Source: a virus (taxonomy: Duplodnaviria; Heunggongvirae; Uroviricota; Caudoviricetes). Taken from it: a DNA stretch of 32,397 nt. The notes beneath the pieces were generated by a model that was not told the origin of the DNA, made no database searches, and was given only the letters and a program-made list of their open reading frames with translations. Both the position numbers and the translations under genes were made by a program. The stretch is taken from IMG/VR virus record IMGVR_UViG_3300044551_000118; one strand, 5' to 3'. Numbering within the stretch: position 1 is the stretch's first letter; each line of letters begins with the position of its first letter. Of the stretch, positions 8,719-16,480 are shown piece by piece.

Positions 8719-9625
8719 CCTGTTCGCGCTCGCCCCGCTGCTTGCGGGAGCGCTCCTCACAGCCGCTCCGGTCCACGCCGAGGCGGCTTCCGTCCGCTCG
8801 GGGGCAGACGGCGGCGCGAGCGCCGTGCAGGCCCATCGGAAAGCGCTGTCCGATGCCCAGACGCGACTGGCGAAGGCGGACGAGGCGCTGGCGGACGCCC
8901 GAGCCAGAGTCAAGGATGCGATGGGCGACCGGTCCGCATCCAAGCAGTCCCTTCAGGCTCTGGGCAGAGCGGCGCAGGCGGCGGACGGGGCGATGGATGC
9001 CAGTCCCGCGCCCACCGGCTTCCAGCTCTTCCGAGGGGCGGCGCAGCCCGCCTCGTTCCGCGGCGACATCGATGCGGCGGACGCCCGCGCCAAGGCCGAG
9101 AACGATGCCGCGAGTGCGCTGACGAAGGCCGCTCGGGCGGTCGCGGACTCCCATCCCGTGCAAGTAGTGCCGCAGGGCGCCCAAGCCCCGCAGAGTGCCG
9201 TTTCCGGCCCGATTCAGGGCACGTACGCGACGCGGGCGCAGAACGCCCCCCAGTCGCAGCCCCCCGCGCCCGCGCAGCCGCAAGTAGCCACGCTGGATGT
9301 CACCTCCGCCACCACCTGCTCCGACTCCGCATGCGCCCAGAGCGCGGTGGACGCCGGGGGAGCGGCGTACATCGACTACTCCGGCTCCGGCTCCGGCTCC
9401 GGCTTCTCTGAGATAGCCGGGCATTCGGGAGGCGCGGCGGGCCTCATCGCCTCGTTCGCGCCCGGACAGACTGTGCGCACGACGGGGGCGCTGCCGGGCC
9501 TATGGCGCATCACGGGGCTGAGCGACATCCCGCTGAACGCCCGCGCCATACCATCCGGAGGGTTCGCATTTCAAACCTGCGTGGGCAACGTGCTGCGGCT
9601 GGCCTACGCCACCCGCATCGGCTGA
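8699..9625 (+). CDS. Secreted coiled-coil protein with a C-terminal sortase-fold domain (308 aa)
   Basis: Sec signal with AxA site, Ala-rich coiled coil, Pro/Gln linker, then IAGH...FQTC...R matching the sortase His/Cys/Arg triad. Confidence 0.65.
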   Translation: MTTKKTSLFALAPLLAGALLTAAPVHAEAASVRSGADGGASAVQAHRKALSDAQTRLAKADEALADARARVKDAMGDRSASKQSLQALGRAAQAADGAMDASPAPTGFQLFRGAAQPASFRGDIDAADARAKAENDAASALTKAARAVADSHPVQVVPQGAQAPQSAVSGPIQGTYATRAQNAPQSQPPAPAQPQVATLDVTSATTCSDSACAQSAVDAGGAAYIDYSGSGSGSGFSEIAGHSGGAAGLIASFAPGQTVRTTGALPGLWRITGLSDIPLNARAIPSGGFAFQTCVGNVLRLAYATRIG

Positions 9626-9633
9626 ACGCCGCA

Positions 9634-9679
9634 TGCGAAAGGCCCGCCGCCGGAATCATCCGGCGGCGGGCCTTTCGCA
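9634..9679. terminator. Perfect 21-bp stem inverted repeat
   Basis: TGCGAAAGGCCCGCCGCCGGA-ATCA-TCCGGCGGCGGGCCTTTCGCA. Confidence 0.8.
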
Positions 9680-9742
9680 ACCTTCGCCGCATAGCCGTCG
9701 CGCATCATCAACCGACGATACGACAACGAAAGGCGGCCAGTC

Positions 9743-10135
9743 ATGGTTGCATTGCAGGCGCGCAGGCCATCAGGAAGCCCCGCATCCACGGGCGGCGAGT
9801 TCGACGGAAGCAGGAGCATGGGCGGGGCCGATCTGCCGCGCATCAACCAACGGGGGGAGAGGCGCGGACGCCCTCGCCACACGCCCAGCGAGAGCGAGCT
9901 CAACGCCGCCCAAGAGGTGAAGACCCAAGTGGACGCGCTGGCCGCGAGCGGCGATGCGCAGGGCGCGGCCGCGCTGGCGAAGCGCAACGGGGCGTTCGTG
10001 CCCGGCGAGCCGCTGCCGTTCGGGCAGGGGGCGGTCGCCGTGTTCGACGGGAAGCGGCTTGAGACCGCTGATATCAACGGCTACGAGGTCACGGAGCGCG
10101 ATTTCGACCCTACGACCCTGCGGGTCAAGGGATAG
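9743..10135 (+). CDS. Hypothetical protein (up to 130 aa; start uncertain)
   Basis: Best-fitting ORF between the terminator and the SSB leader; GAAAGG precedes the ATG. Confidence 0.55.
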   Translation: MVALQARRPSGSPASTGGEFDGSRSMGGADLPRINQRGERRGRPRHTPSESELNAAQEVKTQVDALAASGDAQGAAALAKRNGAFVPGEPLPFGQGAVAVFDGKRLETADINGYEVTERDFDPTTLRVKG

Positions 10136-10342
10136 GAGACAGGACGCATTGAGAGGGTGCTTCGATGCCCCGGCTCGCCACGTACACCCAAAGGACAATC
10201 GGCATCAGAGCATCCTCCTTTCCGGTCGACGCCAATCTGCCGACGCATAGGGCGACATGTCAAGCGAAAAACCTTTCGCGGGGCATGCCGCCCTTCTTGT
10301 TGATAGACGGCATCAAGAAGCAAGAACCGAAAGCAGGACATC

Positions 10343-11122
10343 ATGCCGCAGGAAACCAACAGCAAGCGCACCTTCATCACAGAGAACCTCACCATTCCGA
10401 ACGCGCGGACCCAGTGGGCCATCCGCCTGTTCACGCCGGACACGGAGGGGCAGTACGCAGACGGAAAGTACTCCGTCATCCTCCTCATCGACAAGTCGGA
10501 TACGGAGACCGTCGCCGCCATCCGCAAGGCCATCGCGGAGGACATCAAGAAGGCGATCGAGGCCAAGCTGCTCGACGGCCCGGCCACTGTACAGTACGTC
10601 CAGCGCGTGAACGCCGGCGACTATGACGAGGATTTCGCCTATCCGCTGCACGACGGCGACCTGGCTACCAAGACTGACAAGGAGACCGGAGAGCGGGTCC
10701 TCCGCAAGGATGCAGGCGAGCCCGAGCTGGCCGGCCACTGGTACATCACCGCCAAGTCCGCAAAGAGGCCCCGCATCTACTCCGCGCTGGCCGTGCAGTA
10801 CGACCTGAACGACCCCGCGCAGCTCGACAAGGCGAAGTCGGACATCTACTCCGGCTGCCGCGTGAACGCCCGCGTGACCTTCAACGCCTTCGGCCCGTCC
10901 CGCGCCGTGCGCGGCGGCGGCGTGGGCGTCTGGCTCAACGCGGTGCAGAAGTTCGCGGACGATGAGCGGCTGGGCGGAGGCCCGGTCGACGACGGATTCT
11001 CGCCGGTCGCCGGCGCGGTCGCCAACACCGACGGGTTCGCTCCCGCCGGAGCGCAGGCTCCCGCAGCCGACAGCGAGCCGAGCGCGGACGCCGATGCGAT
11101 CTACGCCGCCCTCGGGGTCTGA
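10343..11122 (+). CDS. DUF2815 / Enc34-type (T7 gp2.5-like) single-stranded DNA-binding protein (259 aa)
   Basis: Characteristic motifs KYSVILLIDKSD, PLHDGD, GHWYITAKS, IYSGCRVNA and GVGVWLNAVQKFADDERLGG, plus a flexible acidic tail. Confidence 0.9.
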   Translation: MPQETNSKRTFITENLTIPNARTQWAIRLFTPDTEGQYADGKYSVILLIDKSDTETVAAIRKAIAEDIKKAIEAKLLDGPATVQYVQRVNAGDYDEDFAYPLHDGDLATKTDKETGERVLRKDAGEPELAGHWYITAKSAKRPRIYSALAVQYDLNDPAQLDKAKSDIYSGCRVNARVTFNAFGPSRAVRGGGVGVWLNAVQKFADDERLGGGPVDDGFSPVAGAVANTDGFAPAGAQAPAADSEPSADADAIYAALGV

Positions 11123-11138
11123 CAGCCGACAGCCAAGC

Positions 11139-11188
11139 GAGAACCCCCCGCCGCAGGTCCTGTGAAAGGATCGGCGGCGGGGGTTCTC
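11139..11188. terminator. Inverted repeat after the SSB gene
   Basis: GAGAACCCCCCGCCG...CGGCGGCGGGGGTTCTC, imperfect long stem. Confidence 0.7.
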
Positions 11189-11230
11189 CGTATCTAGGAC
11201 GCATGCCGCTCGTAAACGAAAGGAAGCGTC

Positions 11231-11368
11231 ATGGACAGCATCGCCGATATAGCCGAGGAGCAGTGCTTCGGGCCTGTGGAGACGAAAGCGCTGGCGCTGG
11301 CGGACGCCGCGTCGGTCATGCTGGGCGAGGAGCCGCTATGGCTGATCGACCTTAAGGCCAAGGCATGA
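11231..11368 (+). CDS. Small acidic hypothetical protein (45 aa)
   Basis: SD GAAAGGAAG; MDSIADIAEEQCFGPVETKALALADAASVMLGEEPLWLIDLKAKA; ATGA overlap with the next ORF. Below the ORF-track cutoff. Confidence 0.6.
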   Translation: MDSIADIAEEQCFGPVETKALALADAASVMLGEEPLWLIDLKAKA

Positions 11369-11649
11369 GGGGCGTCCGTCTCGTCGCGGCTCTCGCCGCC
11401 GTCTCATGCCTCTCCAGCTGCGGGGGGCGGGTCGCCGCGCAGCCATTCATCAAGCTCGCCCCGTCATGCGTCAGGACGACAGCTGCGGCAAACGTTTACT
11501 CGTCCGACGAGGGGCTGGCACAGCTGCCAGATGTCTGCAATCCTATACTGCCGCTGGGCGATGCCGACGACAACGAGTGGGGGGCGAGAAGACGACCTGA
11601 AGCCATGCGCCTGGCAGGATGCAGTCGCTCCTTCGGGAGCGTGGATTGA
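11365..11649 (+). CDS. Small putative lipoprotein (94 aa) whose stop codon lies inside the solitary CRISPR repeat
   Basis: MRGVRLVAALAAVSCLSSCGG lipobox-like start, translationally coupled; the TGA is within GGATTGAAAC. Confidence 0.55.
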   Translation: MRGVRLVAALAAVSCLSSCGGRVAAQPFIKLAPSCVRTTAAANVYSSDEGLAQLPDVCNPILPLGDADDNEWGARRRPEAMRLAGCSRSFGSVD

Positions 11650-11652
11650 AAC
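11624..11652 (+). CRISPR. Solitary type I-C-like CRISPR repeat unit (not an array)
   Basis: GTCGCTCCTTCGGGAGCGTGGATTGAAAC has the I-C signature: 5' GTCGC, a hairpin (CGCTCC-TTCG-GGAGCG) and 3' GTGGATTGAAAC. No second repeat at spacer distance and no cas operon. Confidence 0.8.
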
Positions 11653-11680
11653 CCGCAAGAGCTGATCTGACGTTCAGCCC

Positions 11681-11729
11681 ATACGGCAAGGCCCTGCGAA
11701 CGCTTGACGTTCGCGGGGCCTTGCCGTAT
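11681..11729 (+). terminator. 22-bp hairpin 28 nt downstream of the solitary repeat (terminator or RNA 3' end)
   Basis: ATACGGCAAGGCCCTGCGAACG-CTTGA-CGTTCGCGGGGCCTTGCCGTAT, one U-G wobble. Confidence 0.7.
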
Positions 11730-11820
11730 AGCATTGCACGGGACGCATTGCCATCGCGAACAGCGCCATAGGGCGAACCGCGTCCGGAAGCGGACGCAAG
11801 AACGAAAGGAAAGGGCCTTC

Positions 11821-12243
11821 ATGACCGAAATCTGGAACACCATCGAGGACACGCCGAGCGAAATAGGAGCCAAGGAGTTCCGCCTGCGCGCCTCTCATGT
11901 CATCAAGGCGCTCGCGCAGGTCGACCAGAGCTGGGCAGACAATGCCGCACAGCGGCTCAAGGGCTCCGAGATCGACGATGGGCGGGACTGGGTGCACCCG
12001 CTCGACCGCACCATGCTCCACGTCTACGAGCTATGGCTGCTTGAGCACGACGGCGTGAGGCAAAGCCGCCACCCCGGCGCATGGATCTCGGCGGACGGGC
12101 TGATGAATCTGGGCGGCGACACGCAGGAGTCGCTGGAGGAGGCGCAGGCCATCGCCGATCAGGAGCATCGTCTGGTGCGCCTGTGGATGCGTCATCCGGG
12201 TGCCGTGCCCGGGGCCTTCGGGCTCTTCGCGCCGAGCGAGTGA
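11821..12243 (+). CDS. Hypothetical acidic protein (140 aa)
   Basis: SD GAAAGGAAAGG before ATG 11821, typical codon bias, flanked by hairpins. Confidence 0.8.
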   Translation: MTEIWNTIEDTPSEIGAKEFRLRASHVIKALAQVDQSWADNAAQRLKGSEIDDGRDWVHPLDRTMLHVYELWLLEHDGVRQSRHPGAWISADGLMNLGGDTQESLEEAQAIADQEHRLVRLWMRHPGAVPGAFGLFAPSE

Positions 12244-12264
12244 CGCACAGGTCAAGACCGAGAG

Positions 12265-12305
12265 AGGCGCCGCTGGCTGCAAACCGCAGTCGCGGCGCCT
12301 TCTTT
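12265..12305 (+). terminator. Intrinsic terminator
   Basis: AGGCGCCGC...GCGGCGCCT stem followed by TCTTT. Confidence 0.6.
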
Positions 12306-12307
12306 GC

Positions 12308-12328
12308 GCCCTAGAACGCACGGAAACG
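12308..12328. repeat. 21-bp exact dispersed intergenic repeat, copy 1
   Basis: GCCCTAGAACGCACGGAAACG, identical at 20213-20233. Confidence 0.85.
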
Positions 12329-12350
12329 CCTCTCTGAGAGGCGAACAGCC

Positions 12351-12524
12351 TCAGTGGCGCTCCCAGCGACCGCAGGGCCCGATCTCGGTTCTGAACCGGT
12401 ACGGCGCATCCCCGAACGGAGGCTCGTCTCCGCCCAGCGGCATGAAGCCGTCGTTGAGCATCAGCGCCTCCTCGTCGTCCGCCGCGCCTACATCCCGCTT
12501 AACGCTCTCCGAAACATGCGTCAT
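12351..12524 (-). CDS. Small acidic hypothetical protein (57 aa)
   Basis: MTHVSESVKRDVGAADDEEALMLNDGFMPLGGDEPPFGDAPYRFRTEIGPCGRWERH; ATGA overlap with the upstream gene and a GAGGG RBS. Below the ORF-track cutoff. Confidence 0.6.
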   Translation of the reverse strand: MTHVSESVKRDVGAADDEEALMLNDGFMPLGGDEPPFGDAPYRFRTEIGPCGRWERH

Positions 12525-13138
12525 CCAACCCTCTTTTCCAGTTCATCCAGCGCCGCCATGAGCGCCTGCCACCATGATTCGCGGGTCTGCGCCGGCGCCA
12601 TGCGGGCGAATGCGAGGGCCCAGCACAGAACGCGGATGGCGTCCGAGAGCCCCGCTTCGCCAAGGCCCGTCATGTCAAGCGCGGCGAGGGCCGCGATGGC
12701 ATCCCTGGCACGCTTCCGTTCGCTCGCAACCCTGTTCCATTCCTCGTCCGACCAGTGGGATTCGTAGTCGAGCAGGGTTGCGAGCGAACGCCGGGCGAGC
12801 GCATCGGAGCCAGGAGTCCCGCCGCTCTTCGGTTCAGTCCATCCGCTCGCGAGGCCGGACAGCGCGCGAAGCGCTGCGAGCGCCTCGGGTTCGGGGAGCA
12901 GCGCCGCGTACCCGTGCATCGCCCAGCATGCAATCCTGTCGTCCGCCTCGAAGAGGAGCTGCTCCGGGAGGCGGGAGAGCGCTTCGCGCAGATCGTCCCA
13001 CCCCTCGCCCGAGACGCCGAGCCAGGAAGCGCGGGCGGCGCACTCCGCCGCAAGCGCGGCCATATCGCCGCAATCAGCGCGCAGCGCATCCAGCCGCTCG
13101 GGATGGGCGATGCCCTCAGGAAGCGCTGCCATCCGCAA
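12521..13138 (-). CDS. Hypothetical alpha-helical protein (about 205 aa)
   Basis: Co-oriented ORF overlapping both neighbours in an operon-like chain. Confidence 0.65.
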   Translation of the reverse strand: MRMAALPEGIAHPERLDALRADCGDMAALAAECAARASWLGVSGEGWDDLREALSRLPEQLLFEADDRIACWAMHGYAALLPEPEALAALRALSGLASGWTEPKSGGTPGSDALARRSLATLLDYESHWSDEEWNRVASERKRARDAIAALAALDMTGLGEAGLSDAIRVLCWALAFARMAPAQTRESWWQALMAALDELEKRVG

Positions 13139-13553
13139 GCAGATGCCGTGCGCATGCCTGCGCGAGGCATGCTATAGCATGGAAGTCGCCCGACCCGCGC
13201 AGGGATGCGATCAGATACGAAGGCGTGGCATCGGGCTTGACGGAAAGCATCACCGCGAACCGCGCATACACCGCCGCCTGAACGATGGAGACGATCTCGT
13301 CACATCGGCACAGACCACCCGGCAGCGACTGGAGGATATGCTCCGCCTGCCCAAAGGCGAGCATGTCATGGCCTTCGTCCAGATCGGCTCCGAGCAGAGC
13401 GTTCGGAAGCTCTTTCAAACCATCCAGAAGCGGGCCGTGATTGCGATAGCCATCCTCTGGGATCAGTCCCTTGGGGCTGAACGCCTCGTACGCCTCGTCC
13501 CATTCCGCGCCTCCCGGCTCGGCATCCTCATGGACGTAATCAAGCAATTCCAT
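13116..13553 (-). CDS. Hypothetical acidic protein (145 aa)
   Basis: SD GAAAGGA before the ATG; directly downstream of the replicase. Confidence 0.7.
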   Translation of the reverse strand: MELLDYVHEDAEPGGAEWDEAYEAFSPKGLIPEDGYRNHGPLLDGLKELPNALLGADLDEGHDMLAFGQAEHILQSLPGGLCRCDEIVSIVQAAVYARFAVMLSVKPDATPSYLIASLRGSGDFHAIACLAQACARHLLADGSAS

Positions 13554-13594
13554 CAGAGTCCTTTCGTCATATGATGCTCAGCCGACCACATGCG

Positions 13595-16186
13595 TCAGAC
13601 GTGATGCAGCGGGCAGTTCGTCGTGATGCCGGACATCTCGCACGCCGAGGTCACGCACGTGCAGAAGTCGCTGGGACTGGTCCTCCAGTGGCGCTCGGGC
13701 ACGGCGTCGTAGAGCCGCCGGTACTCGCGATCAATCCACTCCTGGGACTTGTGGAACTTGGCAGCGATTCCCCCGATGCTCAGGGCGTGATCGCGCATCG
13801 GCTTGTGGGTGTCGCCCTTGGTCATGGGGGGGATGTCCAGCGGAGCATCCCGTCCGCCCTGCGCCATGGCCGCATCGGGGATGACGTAGGGAGCATCCTG
13901 CCCCACTGGCGTGAATCCGTCGATGTTGCCCTTGCGGCTGTCGAGCTTCGGATCGTAGGCGTTATGCACGGCGGCCATCGGCTCCGCGGGCGCCGGGGCG
14001 CCCTTCGAGCCGGGCTTGAGCATGCCGACCGAGCCAAGCCACCCGACCATCGCATCGCTCATCGTCGCCACCTGGGAGTCGTCGGCCACGCGGTAGTCGC
14101 CGGACTCCTCCCCGTTGTCCATGTGCGATCCGGGGGCCAGGACATAGCCCTCGCGCTCGCACCGGGTATCGATGTGGAAGCCTCCGATATGGGTGTTGGT
14201 GACCACATGCACGCCCTCGGGGAGGCGGTAGTAGGCGTGGACGCCGCCGCTCGGGGTGCGCGTCAGGAACGTCTTGGGGAAGTCGAGCGTCCCGTATTCG
14301 CCGATCGTCCTCTCGAAGGAGTCCCAGCCGTTCTCGTCGGCGTACTTGGAGCCGGATCCCTTGGCGTCCATGTCGAAGTCGAGCACCGCGAAGCCGTCAT
14401 GAGGCACGCACGCCCATGCCGCGGCGTTCTGCGGCGGCTTGGGGAGGTGCGGGTTCCTCGCCTTGTTCTCGTTCTGCCAGCCGTAGCATGACTTGTCGAG
14501 GTTCGCCCGCACGTAATGGCATCCGAAGCCACGCTCGTCAGGGTTCGTAGCCACGCCGTCCAGCGGTTCGGGCGGGGGAGTGGGCGCGTCGTTCTCGATC
14601 TGGGCCATCACGTACTTGCGGAAGTCGGAGAATCGGTCCTCGTCCTCGACGACGTAGACGCTGACGCGATTGCCATCCACGGTTTTCTGCTTCGACTTGA
14701 GCCCGAGCTTGCTGATGGCGTTGGTCTTGTCGCTCTGGCTGGGCCGGTATGGGTTGTCCGGGTTGTAGACCCAGCCGCGGGCTATGATCTCGGAGACCAT
14801 CCACTGCTCGGCATCCGTGAGCATGTCGGGACGGTTGATCTGCACCTTCCTGATTTCCGCCTCGCCGGGCGTCCCCTCCTCGAACCACGCCTGGCACGAG
14901 CGCATGATGAAGCCGTCCGCGCCGAATTGGGAGATGAACGCGCGCATGAGGTCGAAGTCCTTCGCCTTGCGCCCGTCCTTCATGCGCACGAAGACGAAGC
15001 GACGCTTCATGGAATCGTCCATCGAGGTGACGAACGAGAGATTGGTGGCGATGGACAGCGTGGCCTCGGGGCGGAAGGTGACCATGTCGTGGCCCAGGCG
15101 CCGGGCGTTGAGCCCGTCGCCGGTCGAGAGCTTCTTCAGCCGCTCGGTCTGCTGCGCGGACAGGCTCCCCGCATCCTCGTCGAAGGCCCACATCCGCCCG
15201 ATGAGCTTGGCCGGCTCCTGCTCCAGCACCGTGGAGGACACCTTCGCCCCGCCGGTCAGGTTCACCGCATCTACGGTCGTCGCCAGCGAGCGGGTGCTCC
15301 GCCCTTTGACGAAGGCGTTGAAGAACGTCCCCTTGCCGTTGCCTCCCTCGCCCGCCAGCACGAAGGTCTTCTCCTTGAACTGCTGCAGGAACGGCGCGGC
15401 GGGAAGATACTCCAGATTGTGCAAGCTCTTGGCGTCGTCGGTGATGTCCTGCATGAAGTGCCGCGCATGGAGCACCAGCCTCTCCTCGAAGTCGCGATCG
15501 ATGCTCAGCTCGAAGGGATCGCTGAACACGGCGTCCCCGGGCCTGAAGATGCAGGGCTTCTCCCTGAGCCCCGGCTCCGCGTACCAGCAGTACGCCTTGT
15601 TCGCGAAGCGGATGCCATGCCTGATGCGCAGCGGGCGCCCGTCGAAGGTCACGAGCTTGGCGCATTCGATCTTGAGCAGCCGATCCCACTCCGTCTTCGA
15701 CTCGGCGGAGCGCACATCGTAGCAATCCGCGAGCGAGGCGATGGCGGTCCATGACTCCAGGCGCCTCATGCCCATATAGTCCACGTCGCGCACGAACAGC
15801 ACCCCCGTCTCCGCGTCGTCGCCCTTGAGCACGATGTCGCCGTGCTTGAAATCCCACAGGGCCTGCGCGTACCCGAAGGGCACCAGCATCTCGGCCTCGC
15901 CCTTGGATGTCTGCCTGCGGGGCACGACGACCTCATTGCCCACGCGATCGGTGAAATCGCCCTGCCTGCCCTGCTCGGCGAGACGCAGCCCGTCATACGT
16001 CGCCTGCACGTTGCGCGGCATGCGCGGCATCGCCGCGAACTGCCATGTGTCCAGATTGTTGGGATCCATCGCCCGACTCCTTTTCAGCTTGTCTGCAATG
16101 CCTATATGCGTCGGCGCAGAAGCAGGGAGGGAATCGACGGATGCAGGAGTGCGCTCGAACGGGAGGAGTGTGTCGAATTCGGGCAT
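13595..16186 (-). CDS. Replicase: SF3 (D5/P4-like) helicase fused N-terminally to a bifunctional primase-polymerase domain (863 aa)
   Basis: Walker A GEGGNGKGT, Walker B AFDED, motif C IATN, then Prim-Pol motifs AVLDFD, TRTPSGGVHAYY and IDTR...GYVLAPGS. Confidence 0.9.
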   Translation of the reverse strand: MPEFDTLLPFERTPASVDSLPASAPTHIGIADKLKRSRAMDPNNLDTWQFAAMPRMPRNVQATYDGLRLAEQGRQGDFTDRVGNEVVVPRRQTSKGEAEMLVPFGYAQALWDFKHGDIVLKGDDAETGVLFVRDVDYMGMRRLESWTAIASLADCYDVRSAESKTEWDRLLKIECAKLVTFDGRPLRIRHGIRFANKAYCWYAEPGLREKPCIFRPGDAVFSDPFELSIDRDFEERLVLHARHFMQDITDDAKSLHNLEYLPAAPFLQQFKEKTFVLAGEGGNGKGTFFNAFVKGRSTRSLATTVDAVNLTGGAKVSSTVLEQEPAKLIGRMWAFDEDAGSLSAQQTERLKKLSTGDGLNARRLGHDMVTFRPEATLSIATNLSFVTSMDDSMKRRFVFVRMKDGRKAKDFDLMRAFISQFGADGFIMRSCQAWFEEGTPGEAEIRKVQINRPDMLTDAEQWMVSEIIARGWVYNPDNPYRPSQSDKTNAISKLGLKSKQKTVDGNRVSVYVVEDEDRFSDFRKYVMAQIENDAPTPPPEPLDGVATNPDERGFGCHYVRANLDKSCYGWQNENKARNPHLPKPPQNAAAWACVPHDGFAVLDFDMDAKGSGSKYADENGWDSFERTIGEYGTLDFPKTFLTRTPSGGVHAYYRLPEGVHVVTNTHIGGFHIDTRCEREGYVLAPGSHMDNGEESGDYRVADDSQVATMSDAMVGWLGSVGMLKPGSKGAPAPAEPMAAVHNAYDPKLDSRKGNIDGFTPVGQDAPYVIPDAAMAQGGRDAPLDIPPMTKGDTHKPMRDHALSIGGIAAKFHKSQEWIDREYRRLYDAVPERHWRTSPSDFCTCVTSACEMSGITTNCPLHHV

Positions 16187-16256
16187 ATGCGCCGTATGCG
16201 CCGGCTAGCACCCGTATGCGTTTTTCGGCGTTTTTTCAACGAAAACAAGCAAAAAC

Positions 16257-16434
16257 GCATACAGAACATACGGGTGCATACGGCCCATATGCACCCCTCA
16301 TCCCTACTGCCAGTAGGGCTTTAGCCCCCCTGCATATGAGCATATGGTTTATAGAGGCTTTGGCATGTTTAAGGGCTGTTTCGGGGGTTCTATAGGAAAA
16401 GCCGTATGCATATGCAGTCTCGTGCTTTTCGGAG
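16257..16434. repeat. 178-bp AT-enriched direct repeat, copy 1 (candidate replication origin)
   Basis: Matches 17500-17677 with 3 mismatches. Many GCATA(C/T) motifs in both orientations and the palindrome CCCTACTG-C-CAGTAGGG; directly upstream of the replicase. Confidence 0.9.
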
Positions 16435-16480
16435 GCAATCGTCGCAGGAGAGAAGATCGCGCGTGGCATAGCCCGAGGCC

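Noticed and set aside
10136-10342. Structured ncRNA or leader upstream of the SSB gene
   Set aside because: Only short, weak hairpins and no recognisable family; a covariance search would be required.
11560-11760. A full CRISPR array around the repeat at 11624
   Set aside because: No second or degenerate repeat at spacer distance on either side, and no cas operon; treated as a solitary unit.
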